From: Ilumatobacteraceae bacterium
GTDB taxonomy: Bacteria; Actinomycetota; Acidimicrobiia; Acidimicrobiales; Ilumatobacteraceae
Assembly: GCA_963797925.1 (NCBI GenBank)
Contig: CAWCQZ010000002.1
Location: 471,862-535,861, forward strand
Length of the DNA: 64,000 bases
Reading direction: 5' to 3'
The notes below the pieces were generated by a model that worked only from the letters and a program-made list of their open reading frames with translations, searched no databases and was not told the origin of the DNA. The first letter of the stretch is position 1. The number at the start of each line of letters is the position of its first letter. This document shows, piece after piece, positions 20,180 through 30,166 of this stretch. The translations under genes were made by a program, and so were the position numbers.

Positions 20180-22800
20180 GCATCGTGCCTTCGTCCCGAT
20201 ACCTCCTGTTGATCGTCGCCGCACTGCTCACAGCGGTGTACGTCGGCGCGCCATGGTCCGTGTCGGTCGAGTTGCTCCGTGTCGCCGCACCGGCGATCGG
20301 GATCGGCGCCGTCCTGTGCGGAATGGCCGTCCACCGCCCGGCTCGGGCCGCTCCGTGGGTGGCCATCGTGGTCGCGCTGGGTCTCCTCGTGGCAGCTCAT
20401 GCTGTGTGGGCAACGCTCGCGGACAGCGACGATGTGACCTTCCCGACGCTCGCCGACGCGCTGCACGTCGGCTTCTGGGTGATGATGCTGTTGGCCACCG
20501 TGGAACTGAGCAGGCAGTCACGTTCCGAGCACGATGCGTTCGGTGGGTACGAGATCGGGATCATCGCGATCGCCGTCGGCGTGGCCGTGTGGCTCGTCGT
20601 GGCCGAGCCGTACTTCTCTGATAGCGACATCGGGTTCGGTGCGACGGCGTGGGCCGCAGGCGCTCCGCTGATCGGCGGCCTCGCATTCGCAGCAGCGGTT
20701 CGTGGCGCCGCGGCCAGCGCGTACCGTTCGTTCGCTCCGGTGGCGCTGATGTGCGGTGTCGGTGTCCAACTGGTCGCTGACATGACCCGCGGGACGCAGG
20801 AGATCCGCGGCGAGTTCGAGTCGGGTGGTCTGATCGCCGGACTCGGCGTCGCCGCGCCCCTCGTGATCGCTGCCGCAGCACTCGATCGCACGATGGCCGT
20901 GAGGAACCGGGCATCGGTTCCGAACGCCGCGCTCGGTGTCGGTCGCACCGTCGGACTCACCGTGGCGGTGCTCAGCCCGATGACGGTCCTGATGGCGCTC
21001 CTCGTCAGCGGGCTCGGCTCCGGCACGACCATCCTCGTGGTGTCGATCGCGGCGTTCCTCGCAGTGATCCTCGCACTGGCCCGGATGTGGGGTCTGCTCG
21101 ACGCTGTGCGATTGCTCACCGAACGCCGCGGGCAGGACCGCCTGGCGGCCATGGTCGAACACTCGAGCGATGTCGTGATGCTGGTCGACGAGTCAGGGGA
21201 CATCAAGTACGCGAGTCCCGGGTTGACGGCCACGTTGGGCCACCGTGCCGCTGACTGGATCGGCCGACCCATCGTCGACCTGATCGCCGAAGAAGACCGC
21301 GCCGCCGCCGCAGCGGAGGTGGAACGGCTGTTCGTCGACCCGATCGATGCGACCGTTCGTTTCGAGTCCAGCCTCGTGCGGGTCGACGGCGAGCGGCGGT
21401 GGATGGAGGCGACATTCGTCAACCTGCTCGGTGGGGACGCCGTCGACGGCATCGTCGCGACGTTCCGCGACGTCACCGAACAGCGAGATCTCGAACGAAA
21501 GCTGAGCCACCGTGCGTTCCACGACGAACTGACGGGGCTCGCGAACCGTGCCCTTTTCCTCAACCGGATGGACCACGCGCTCAGCGTCGATCGACCCGAG
21601 GCGGACCCCGTCGTCGTGCTGTTCGTGGACCTCGACGACTTCAAGTCGGTGAACGACGCTCTGGGTCACGGGGTCGGTGACCAACTGTTGCGTGCAATCG
21701 CCGACCGCATCAAGGCGGCTTCGGGCAGGAGCGACACTCCGGCCCGGCTCGGCGGGGACGAGTTCGCGCTCCTGTTGGAGGACCGCGGTGGCATCGACCG
21801 AGCGATCGAACTCGCAGAACGTCTCCTCGATGCCCTCCGCTCGCCCGTGCGTCTCGCCGGCCACGACCTCGCCGTGCTCGCCAGCGTCGGCGTCGCTGTG
21901 GCCGTGCCGGGGATGACGACGTCGAGCCTGTTGCGCGACGCCGACATCGCGATGTACGAAGCCAAGCGAGCGGGCAAGGGCCAGATCAAGATCTTCGATC
22001 CTGCGATGCTGCTCGGTGTCACGACGCACCTCGAAGACCGATCGGCGCTGTCGACAGCGCTCGAGAACCGCGAGATGCGGTTGGTCTACCAACCCCTCGT
22101 CGACCTGCGCACCGGTGAGGTGCTCGGCGCCGAAGCGTTGCTCCGTTGGACACATCCGACCCGTGGTGACGTGTCGCCCTCCGAGTTCGTCCCGGTTGCG
22201 GAACGGTCCGGGCTGATCAAGGAGATCGGCGAGTGGGTGTTGACGGAGGCGATGAACGAGGCGGCCGCCTGGCAGGCGTGCGGGCCCCGACACGTGAGCA
22301 TCAACGTGTCAGCTGTACAACTCCGAACGGACGACTTCGTCGAGCACGTCGCCGCTGCGCTCGCGAGCAGTGGGCTCGCGCCGCAACAGTTGCTGCTCGA
22401 GGTGACCGAGACCGTTCTCGTCGACGAGATCGAATCGGCGTCCGATGCGCTGAACGTGCTGCGACAGCTCGGCGTCCGAATCGCGATCGACGACTTCGGC
22501 ACCGGCTACTGCTCGCTGACCTACCTCCAGAAGTTCCCGGTGGACGTCGTGAAGATCGATCGCCAGTTCGTGGACGAGGTCGACGGTGACGAACAACGGT
22601 CGTCGCTCGCGCGGATGATCTTGCAGATGACATCGAGCATGGGGGTCACCAGCGTCGCAGAGGGAATCGAACGTCCGGGCCAGATCACTGCGCTTCGCCA
22701 GTTCGGGTGCGACATCGGCCAGGGGTTCCTGCTGTCGCATCCGCTCGAGGTCGACATGATCCGCCAACGCTTCGGCGTGGATCTCGTTGCGGCCGGATGA
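20176..22800 (+). CDS. Membrane-bound PAS-GGDEF-EAL diguanylate cyclase/phosphodiesterase
   Basis: Multi-TM N-terminus, PAS, HDELTGLANR, ARLGGDEF, AEALLRW, IDDFGTGY, VKIDR, AEGIE, GQGF. Confidence 0.92.
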   Translation: MSIVPSSRYLLLIVAALLTAVYVGAPWSVSVELLRVAAPAIGIGAVLCGMAVHRPARAAPWVAIVVALGLLVAAHAVWATLADSDDVTFPTLADALHVGFWVMMLLATVELSRQSRSEHDAFGGYEIGIIAIAVGVAVWLVVAEPYFSDSDIGFGATAWAAGAPLIGGLAFAAAVRGAAASAYRSFAPVALMCGVGVQLVADMTRGTQEIRGEFESGGLIAGLGVAAPLVIAAAALDRTMAVRNRASVPNAALGVGRTVGLTVAVLSPMTVLMALLVSGLGSGTTILVVSIAAFLAVILALARMWGLLDAVRLLTERRGQDRLAAMVEHSSDVVMLVDESGDIKYASPGLTATLGHRAADWIGRPIVDLIAEEDRAAAAAEVERLFVDPIDATVRFESSLVRVDGERRWMEATFVNLLGGDAVDGIVATFRDVTEQRDLERKLSHRAFHDELTGLANRALFLNRMDHALSVDRPEADPVVVLFVDLDDFKSVNDALGHGVGDQLLRAIADRIKAASGRSDTPARLGGDEFALLLEDRGGIDRAIELAERLLDALRSPVRLAGHDLAVLASVGVAVAVPGMTTSSLLRDADIAMYEAKRAGKGQIKIFDPAMLLGVTTHLEDRSALSTALENREMRLVYQPLVDLRTGEVLGAEALLRWTHPTRGDVSPSEFVPVAERSGLIKEIGEWVLTEAMNEAAAWQACGPRHVSINVSAVQLRTDDFVEHVAAALASSGLAPQQLLLEVTETVLVDEIESASDALNVLRQLGVRIAIDDFGTGYCSLTYLQKFPVDVVKIDRQFVDEVDGDEQRSSLARMILQMTSSMGVTSVAEGIERPGQITALRQFGCDIGQGFLLSHPLEVDMIRQRFGVDLVAAG

Positions 22801-23894
22801 CCTCCAAGGCCATGCGTGTCGGGATCCTCTGCCCGTACAGCCTCACCGTCCCCGGCGGCGTCCAGATGCAGGTCCTCGGTCTCGCTCGCGAATTGCGCTC
22901 GCGAGGCGTCGAAGCACGCGTGCTCGGACCGTGTGATGGCCCGCCGCCGGCGAGTTTCGTGACGCCGCTCGGGAACTCACTGCCGACGTCGGCCAACGGT
23001 TCGATCGCCCCGCTCGCACCCGACCCGCCCGCGATGTTCCGCACGCTCCAGGTGCTGGCTGCCGAACGCTTCGACGTGCTGCATCTCCACGAGCCCATGG
23101 CGCCCGGGCCCACGCTCACCGCCGCCGTCACCCATCGGTACCCGACGGTCGGCACGTTCCATGCGGCGGGCCGTTCGGCGAGCTACAAGGTGATCAAGCC
23201 ATGGCTGATGTCGTGGCTCAAGCGGATCGACCACAAGGTGGTCGTGAGCAAGGACGCCCTCGCGCTCGTGCAGTCGCACCTCGGCGGCGAGTACGAAGTG
23301 CTGTTCAACGGCGTCGAGGTGAACCGGATCCGACGCACCCCGCCGATGCAGCTCGAACCGGGTGAACCACCTGCGATCTTCTTCTGTGGCCGTCACGAGC
23401 AGCGCAAGGGGCTCGCTGTGCTCCTCGACGCGTTCGAACGGCTCGACGTCGACGCTCAGGTGTGGATCGCCAGCAGTGGTCCCGACACGGCAGAGCTGAT
23501 GAAGCGCACAGCGAGCGACGCCCGCATCAGCTGGCTCGGACGGATCAGCGACGAGGAGAAGTTCGCACGGCTGCGCGCCGCGTCGGTGTTCTGTGCTCCC
23601 TCGCTTGGCGGTGAGTCCTTCGGCGTGGTCCTGATCGAGGCGATGGCGGCCGGCACGACGGTCGTGGCCAGCAGCCTCGACGGCTACCAGAACGTCGCCA
23701 CGCACGAGGAGGACTCGCTGCTGAGTCCTGCCGGTGACGTGGAGGCGCTCGCGGTGCAACTTCAGCGAGCGATCACCGACACGGCGCTCGCACGGCGGCT
23801 CCGCGCAGCGGGCGACACACGCGCCGAGCGGTTCGCGATGTCGGCGCTGGCGGACCGCTACATCGAGATCTATCACGATCTCGCGACCCGCTGA
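22797..23894 (+). CDS. pimA: GT4 phosphatidyl-myo-inositol alpha-mannosyltransferase
   Basis: CPYSLTVPGGVQ, DVLHLHEP, GESFGVVLIEAMAAG; synteny with pgsA-patA. Confidence 0.85.
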   Translation: MTSKAMRVGILCPYSLTVPGGVQMQVLGLARELRSRGVEARVLGPCDGPPPASFVTPLGNSLPTSANGSIAPLAPDPPAMFRTLQVLAAERFDVLHLHEPMAPGPTLTAAVTHRYPTVGTFHAAGRSASYKVIKPWLMSWLKRIDHKVVVSKDALALVQSHLGGEYEVLFNGVEVNRIRRTPPMQLEPGEPPAIFFCGRHEQRKGLAVLLDAFERLDVDAQVWIASSGPDTAELMKRTASDARISWLGRISDEEKFARLRAASVFCAPSLGGESFGVVLIEAMAAGTTVVASSLDGYQNVATHEEDSLLSPAGDVEALAVQLQRAITDTALARRLRAAGDTRAERFAMSALADRYIEIYHDLATR

Positions 23895-23913
23895 CGCCGT
23901 ACACTCGGCGTTC

Positions 23914-24468
23914 ATGGTCCCGCTCATCATCCTGCTCGTGATCGCGGTCATCGTGGTCCTCGGCGGCGTCGCGATGTACAACGGGTTGATCCGCAGCAAG
24001 AACCAGGTCGAGAACGCCTGGTCGCAGATCGACGTGCAACTCAAGCGACGCCTCGACCTCATCCCCAACCTCGTCGAAACCGTGAAGGGCTACGCCGCTC
24101 ACGAGCAGGAGACCCTGCAACAGGTGATCGCAGCGCGCAACGCAGCCATCGCCGCACCCGACACACCCGAGGGCCAGGCCGCGCCGAACGACATGCTCTC
24201 CGGTGCGCTCGGCAAGCTGTTCGCCCTCAGCGAGGCCTACCCCGACCTGAAGGCCAACCAGAACTACCTGGCGCTGCAAGAAGAGCTCACCGCAACCGAG
24301 GGCCGCGTGGCCTACGCCCGCCAGTTCTTCAACGATGCGGTGCTCGGCTACAACAACAAGATCGAGTCGGTTCCGACCGTCTTCGTGGCCAAGATGCTCG
24401 GCTACAGCCAGCGCGAGTACTTCGAGGCCGACGAATCGGCTCGCACGGTTCCGAACGTGGGATTCTGA
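23914..24468 (+). CDS. lemA: LemA family protein
   Basis: YNGLIR, AWSQIDVQLKRRLDLIPNLVETVKGY, EAYPDLKANQN. Confidence 0.93.
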   Translation: MVPLIILLVIAVIVVLGGVAMYNGLIRSKNQVENAWSQIDVQLKRRLDLIPNLVETVKGYAAHEQETLQQVIAARNAAIAAPDTPEGQAAPNDMLSGALGKLFALSEAYPDLKANQNYLALQEELTATEGRVAYARQFFNDAVLGYNNKIESVPTVFVAKMLGYSQREYFEADESARTVPNVGF

Positions 24469-24574
24469 TGCCGCACGATCGTTCTGCGCTCTTGGCCTGC
24501 TGCGAAAACGTGGGATTCTGATGCCGCACGCTCGATCTGCGTTCTTGGCCTGCTGCGAAATCGTCGAGTTCTGA
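24456..24574 (+). repeat. 53-bp tandem repeat (about 2.2 copies), MIRU-like, encoding two coupled 17-aa mini-ORFs
   Basis: cgtgggattctga at 24456 and 24509, cgtcgagttctga at 24562. ORFs 24468-24521 MPHDRSALLACCENVGF and 24521-24574 MPHARSAFLACCEIVEF are linked by TGATG overlaps. Confidence 0.85.
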
Positions 24575-24579
24575 CACCG

Positions 24580-25486
24580 ATGCACGATCTCGTTCGTTCG
24601 AACAAGCGGCGCAGTGTCGCTCTCGTGGTGGGCTTCGTGGTCATCGTCGCGCTCGTCGGTGCCGCCATCGGGCTGCTGGTCGGGAACGGCCCGGTGTTCA
24701 CCATCATCGCGCTGGTGATCAGCGCCGCGATCGCCTTCGGGTCGTACTGGAAGGCCGACGCCATCGCGCTGCGGGTCAGCCGAGCAGAGCCGGCGGATCC
24801 GCAGCAGTATCAACGGTTGCACAACCTCGTCGAAGGGCTCTGCATCGCCGGCGGGTTGCCCAAGCCCGGCGTGTACATCGTCGACGATCCGGCTCCGAAC
24901 GCGTTCGCCACCGGGCGCAACCCGGAGCACGCGGCCATCGCGGTCACGACCGGGTTGCTCGACAAGCTCAACCGGGTCGAGCTCGAAGGTGTGGTCGCCC
25001 ATGAGTTGAGCCACATCCGCAACTACGACATCCTCGTGTCGACGCTCGCGGTCACGATGGTCGGTGCTGTCGCGCTGTTGTCGGACATGGCGATCCGGAT
25101 GATGTGGTGGAACGGCGGTCGTGTGTCACGCCGTGGCGACCAGGACAACTCCGGCAACCCGCTGGCGTTCGTCGGGATTCGCGCTGCTCATCGTTGCGCC
25201 GTTGCTCGCAAAGGCAATGCAGGCAACGATTTCCCGCAGTCGGGAGACACTCGCCGACGTCAGTGCCTGTCAACTGACGCGCTATCCGCCGGGGCTCATC
25301 TCCGCGCTCGAGAAGTTGCAGGAGGACACGACGGTGACGCATTCCGCGTCGACCGCCACGGCACACTTGTGGATCGAACAGCCGATGAGCGGTGTCGGCG
25401 ACGCCGGCCGGCTCGAAGGCCTCCACAAGATGTTCGACACCCATCCACCGCTCGAAGAGCGCATCGCACTCCTGAGAGAACTCTGA
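24580..25486 (+). CDS. htpX: M48 zinc metalloprotease HtpX (frameshift near 25178)
   Basis: PNAFATGR, AHELSH, SRSRETLAD, THPPLEERI. Confidence 0.9.
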
Positions 25487-25496
25487 GGGAATTCTG

Positions 25497-26772
25497 ATGA
25501 TCAAGACCATTGCCGCGTTCACGACCGTCGCCTTGCTCGCCGCTGCGTGCAGCGGCGGGAGCGACGCCACCGAGGACACCACGCCGACGACCGAGGCGAC
25601 GACCACGACGTCGACGACCACGACGACGACGACCACCACCGAGCCACCCGAGTCGACCACCACGACGACGCTGGTTCCCGGTGACGATTCGATCCGTCAG
25701 CCGCTCACCGGCGAGGTGGTCGAATCCGAGGACGACCTCGAGACGCGCCCGGCGCTCGCCGTCAAGATCGACAACAACGCTCGAGCGCGTCCGAACCACT
25801 CGGGCCTCGGCGTCGCCGACATCGTGTTCGAGGAGATCGTCGAGGTCGGCACGCGCTTCGCCGCCGTCTTCCACACCGAAGGCTCGGACCCGGTCGGGCC
25901 GATCCGTTCAGGGCGCGAACAGGACGTCAACCTGCTCTCGTCGCTCAACGAGCCGCTCTTCGCTTGGAGCGGCGGCAACCCGGGCGTGACCCGGCTCGAT
26001 CCGCGACTCGTTCCTCACCGACCTCAACCCGTCGTCGGCGGGGGCGGGCGCGTACTACCGCGGCCCGGGTCGGGCACCACACGACTTCTACAGCACCACC
26101 GACGACCTCTACACGTTGACCCCCGAAGACCATCCGGGGGCGCCGTCACAACAGTTCACGTACGTCCGTCCCGACGAGGAGTTCGAAGGCCGTGAGGTGT
26201 CGGCATTCGATCTGGCGCTCGACACCAACGACGTCCGCTGGGAGTGGGACGACGAAACCGGCGGCTTCGCTCGGTTCCAGGAGGGAACGCGTCACGTCGA
26301 CGTCGTGAGCGGCGACATCTTCGCCACGAACGTCGTCGTGATGGTCCTCGACTACGTCCCGAGTTCGATCGACCGCAACTCACCCGACGCCCAGACCCTC
26401 GGCTCGGGCCCCGCGTACGTGTTCAGCAACGGCCAGGTCCAGACCGGACGCTGGGCTCGCGACATCGCCGTCGGGGCCATCCGTCTCACCGATGCCGATG
26501 GTGAGCTGATCGGGCTGACACGCCGGGAACACGTGGGTCGAACTCGCCGAGATCGGCGACGACGAGTCGTTCCTGCTGCCGCCGGTGCCGCAGCCTCCGG
26601 TCACCGACGATGGACGACGAGGGCGAACCGGTCGGCACGGACGAGCCGACCACGACGGAACCCCCGACCACGGACGAGCCAGCGGTCACCGAGCCGGGCC
26701 CGGACGTGCCGCAGATCGACCTGGACAACCCTGATCTCGCACCGACGTCGATCACTCATCGAATTCGTCTGA
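25497..26772 (+). CDS. DUF3048-domain lipoprotein (several frameshifts; 3' end uncertain)
   Basis: Lipobox LAAAC, Thr-rich linker, RPALAVKIDN, GLGVADIVFEE, GPIRSGR, ATNVVV. Confidence 0.75.
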
Positions 26773-26891
26773 TCGGCTCACGGCTGAGGATCGTGCCTGG
26801 CGCTTGTTCGCCAGCCGGGCACCGGTGACACCTGTCTGACCTGGGGAATGGACCTGACAGAACGGGTGCCTCGGAAAGTACGCTCGCTGGC

Positions 26892-27772
26892 ATGAGCGAA
26901 ACCGGCACCTTCCCCGTCAAGCGTGGCTTGGCCGAGATGATGAAGGGCGGCGTCATCATGGACGTCGTCAATCCCGAGCAGGCGAAGATCGCCGAAGACG
27001 CCGGCGCGGTGGCGGTCATGGCGCTCGAACGCGTGCCGGCCGACATCCGCAAGGACGGCGGCGTCGCCCGGATGTCCGACCCCGAGATGATCGACGGGCA
27101 TCCAGGAGATCTGCTCCATCCCGGTGATGGCCAAGGCCCGCATCGGTCACTTCGTCGAGGCGCAGATCCTGCAGGCGCTCGACGTCGACTTCATCGACGA
27201 GTCCGAGGTGCTCACGCCCGCCGACGAGGCGTACCACATCGACAAGATGGCCTTCGACGTGCCGTTCGTGTGCGGCGCCACCAACCTCGGTGAGGCGCTG
27301 CGTCGCATCTCCGAAGGTGCGGCGATGATCCGTTCGAAGGGCGAGGCCGGCACCGGCAACGTCGTCGAGGCGGTGCGTCACCTGCGCTCGATCATCGGTG
27401 ACATGAAGAAGATCACCCAGGCCGACGAAGCCGAGCTGTTCGGGTGGGCGAAGGACCTCCAGGCGCCGCTGCCGCTGATCCAGGAGATCGCCGAAGACCG
27501 GCAAGCTGCCGGTGCCGCTGTTCTGCGCCGGTGGCCTCGCCACCCCGGCCGATGCGGCACTCGCGATGCAACTCGGTGCTGACGCGGTGTTCGTCGGGTC
27601 GGGCATCTTCAAGTCGGACGACCCGTCGCCGCGCGCCAAGGCGATCGTCGAAGCCACGACGCACTACCTGGACGCCGACATCCTCGCCAAGGTCAGCCGG
27701 GGCCTCGGCGCTCCGATGACCGGCATCGGCATGGACGACATCGCCGTCAAGTACGCCGATCGCGGCTGGTGA
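26892..27772 (+). CDS. pdxS: Pyridoxal 5'-phosphate synthase lyase subunit (frameshifts near 27098 and 27500)
   Basis: [57 protein letters not shown]. Confidence 0.93.
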
Positions 27773-27789
27773 AGGTGCGCACACCGTGA
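27769..27789 (+). other. Candidate bridging mini-ORF (MKVRTP) between pdxS and pdxT
   Basis: GTGA overlap with the pdxS stop and GTGA overlap with the pdxT start; GTGAAG duplicated at 17-nt spacing. Confidence 0.4.
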
Positions 27790-28356
27790 AGATCGGTGTG
27801 CTCGCGCTCCAGGGTGCCTTCGCTGCGCACCAGCAGCGATTCGCGGACATCGGGATCGACGCACGTCGCGGTGCGCACCGCCGACGGACTCGCCGAGGTC
27901 GACGCGCTCGTCATCCCGGGCGGCGAGAGCACGACGATGTCGCACCTGATGCGCACCAACGCGCTCTTCGAGCCGATCGCCGATCGGATCGCGAACGGCA
28001 TGGCGGTCTTCGGCACGTGTGCCGGGATGATCATGTGCGCCAGCGATGTGCTCGACGGCCGACCGGACCAGCGAAGCTTCGGTGCGCTCGACCTCACCGT
28101 GCGCCGGAACGGCTACGGCCGTCAGCTCGCCAGCTTCGAGGTGGACCTCGACGTGAAAGGCCTCGATTCGCCGTTCCACGCCGTGTTCATCAGAGCGCCA
28201 CTCGCCGAACGGCTCGGCCCGGACGTCGACGTGCTCGCCGAACACGACGGCGTACCTGTTCTCGTGCGTCACGGAGCATGTACCGTGGCATCGTTCCACC
28301 CAGAGCTGACTCCCGACGGGCGGCTGCATCAGCAGTTCGTCGATTCGATTCGCTGA
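27786..28356 (+). CDS. pdxT: PLP synthase glutaminase subunit (frameshift near 27862)
   Basis: KIGVLALQG, IPGGESTT, FGTCAGMI, RNGYGRQ, FIRAP, FHPEL. Confidence 0.92.
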
Positions 28357-28410
28357 GACCGTCGCGACCATCACTGCTACCGCACCCCGAACCTGCAAAG
28401 AGGAGCTGCC

Positions 28411-29166
28411 ATGTCCGGCCATTCCAAATGGGCAACCATCAAGCACAAGAAGGGCGCTGCGGACACGAAGCGCGGCAAGATCTTCAACAAGCTCGCCCGT
28501 CAGGTCGAGGTCGCCGCCAAGGGCGGCAGCGATCCGGACATGAACGCGCCCTTGCGGACCGCGGTGCAGAAGGCGAAGTCTGCGTCGATGCCCAACGACG
28601 CCATCGAGCGAGCGATCAAGCGCGGCTCGGGCGAGGGCTCCGACGGCGTCGTGTTCGAGACGATCATGTACGAGGGATATGCGCCCGGGGGAGTGGCGCT
28701 GCTGATCGACGTCCTGACCGACAACCGAAACCGGATCAGTGCCGATGTGCGCCAAGTGTTCTCCAAGCTGGGGGGCTCGATGGCCGAACCGGGTGCTGTC
28801 GGATGGCAGTTCGGTCGACGGGGAGTGATCATCACCGAGGACGGCGTGACCGAGGACGACGTGATGATGGCGGCCCTCGAAGCAGGAGCCGACGACATCG
28901 TCGCGGAGGGTGACGCGTGGCGGATCATGACCGACGCCTCGGACGTCTACAACGTCAAGGAGCAGATCGAGGGTGCCGGCATCGCGACCATCTCGGCCGA
29001 CTCGCCGATGGTGGCCGAGAACCTCGTGCCCGTGACCGAGTTGAAGGACGCCAAGGCGATCCTGCGGATCATGGAAGCGCTCGAGGACAACGACGACGTG
29101 CAGGACGTGTTCTCCAACTTCGACATCAGCGACGACCTGATGGAAGCGGCGGCCGGCGATGAGTGA
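28411..29166 (+). CDS. yebC: YebC/PmpR-family protein
   Basis: MSGHSKWATIKHKK, YEGYAPGG, DDVQDVFSN; AGGAG Shine-Dalgarno. Confidence 0.95.
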   Translation: MSGHSKWATIKHKKGAADTKRGKIFNKLARQVEVAAKGGSDPDMNAPLRTAVQKAKSASMPNDAIERAIKRGSGEGSDGVVFETIMYEGYAPGGVALLIDVLTDNRNRISADVRQVFSKLGGSMAEPGAVGWQFGRRGVIITEDGVTEDDVMMAALEAGADDIVAEGDAWRIMTDASDVYNVKEQIEGAGIATISADSPMVAENLVPVTELKDAKAILRIMEALEDNDDVQDVFSNFDISDDLMEAAAGDE

Positions 29167-29176
29167 GACCGGATGA
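29159..29176 (+). other. Candidate bridging mini-ORF (MSETG) between yebC and the peroxiredoxin gene
   Basis: ATGAGTGA overlap with the yebC stop and ATGA overlap with the next start; GATGAGT duplicated at 14-nt spacing. Confidence 0.35.
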
Positions 29177-29628
29177 GTTTGTCGGTCGGTGACGCCGCCC
29201 CGGACTTCACGTTGCCGGGCACGAACGACTCCACGCACTCGCTGAGCGACTACGCGGGCAAGCCGCTCGTGCTGGTGTTCTACCCGGGCGACGACACGCC
29301 GGTCTGTACTCGCCAGCTCAACAGCTACAACGACGGACTCGAGCGTTTCGTCGAACTCGATGCCGAGGTGGTCGGCGTCTCGGCTCAGTCGGTCTCGAGC
29401 CACGAGAAGTTCTCGGACAAGCACGGCTTCACGTTCCCGCTCCTCGCCGACGTGGACAAAGAGGTCGCCGGGCGCTACGGAACACTGGGCCCGCTCGGGT
29501 TTCCGCGACGCAGCGTGTTCATCATCGACGCCGACGGCATCGTGCGCTACGCCCACCGGGCCATCGCAGGTCTGACGTTCCGGCCGGTGTCGGAGTTGGT
29601 CGCCGAACTGGAGAAGCTCAACAGCTAG
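29173..29628 (+). CDS. Peroxiredoxin (BCP/AhpE-like)
   Basis: [35 protein letters not shown]. Confidence 0.9.
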   Translation: MSLSVGDAAPDFTLPGTNDSTHSLSDYAGKPLVLVFYPGDDTPVCTRQLNSYNDGLERFVELDAEVVGVSAQSVSSHEKFSDKHGFTFPLLADVDKEVAGRYGTLGPLGFPRRSVFIIDADGIVRYAHRAIAGLTFRPVSELVAELEKLNS

Positions 29629-29630
29629 AG

Positions 29631-29646
29631 TCGAACCTGTGTTCGC
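29631..29646 (+). promoter_or_regulatory. LexA (SOS) box overlapping the ruvC start
   Basis: TCGAAC-CTGT-GTTCGC matches the actinobacterial CGAAC-N4-GTTCG consensus; begins at the last base of the TAGAGT -10 (29626-29631) and covers the GTG. Confidence 0.8.
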
Positions 29647-30166
29647 TGCATCCCGAGTTCACCGCGTCCTGGGCATCGACCCGGGACTCACCCGATGCGG
29701 GTACGCCGTGATCGACGGCAGGAACGTCACGTCCGCTCGGGCGGTGTCGATGGGTGTCATCCGTACCAAGCCGTCGGAACCTTTGGCCAATCGTCTCGCC
29801 ACGCTCCGCACCGAGTTCACCTCCCTGATCGCCGAGTTCGAACCGGATTCGGTCGCCATCGAGCAGGTGTTCTTCCAGGTCAACGTACGAACGGCCATGG
29901 CCACCGGGCAGGCCAGCGGTCTCGCGCTCGCCGAGGCAGCACTCGCAGGTTGTGAAGTGATCCAGTACACGCCCAACCAGGTCAAGGACGCCGTTGCCGG
30001 ATGGGGCGGGGCCGGAAAGGAACAGGTCCAGAAGATGGTGCAGGCACGATTGAACCTCGCGACGCTCCCCAAGCCCGCAGACGCCGCCGACGCTGCAGCG
30101 ATCGCGCTGACCCACCTGGCGATGTCGCCGATGGGCCGTCAACTCCGTCAGGCGGCCAGCTCGTGA
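29639..30166 (+). CDS. ruvC: Holliday junction resolvase
   Basis: VLGIDPG, AIEQVF, KEQVQKMV, DAADAAAIA. Confidence 0.95.
   Translation: MFAASRVHRVLGIDPGLTRCGYAVIDGRNVTSARAVSMGVIRTKPSEPLANRLATLRTEFTSLIAEFEPDSVAIEQVFFQVNVRTAMATGQASGLALAEAALAGCEVIQYTPNQVKDAVAGWGGAGKEQVQKMVQARLNLATLPKPADAADAAAIALTHLAMSPMGRQLRQAASS

Noticed and set aside
24456-24574. CRISPR array
   Set aside because: Contiguous tandem units without unique spacers, and no cas genes.
26825-26859. TGAC-containing repeats upstream of pdxS as a PdxR site
   Set aside because: Short and degenerate, and no MocR/PdxR regulator gene is nearby.
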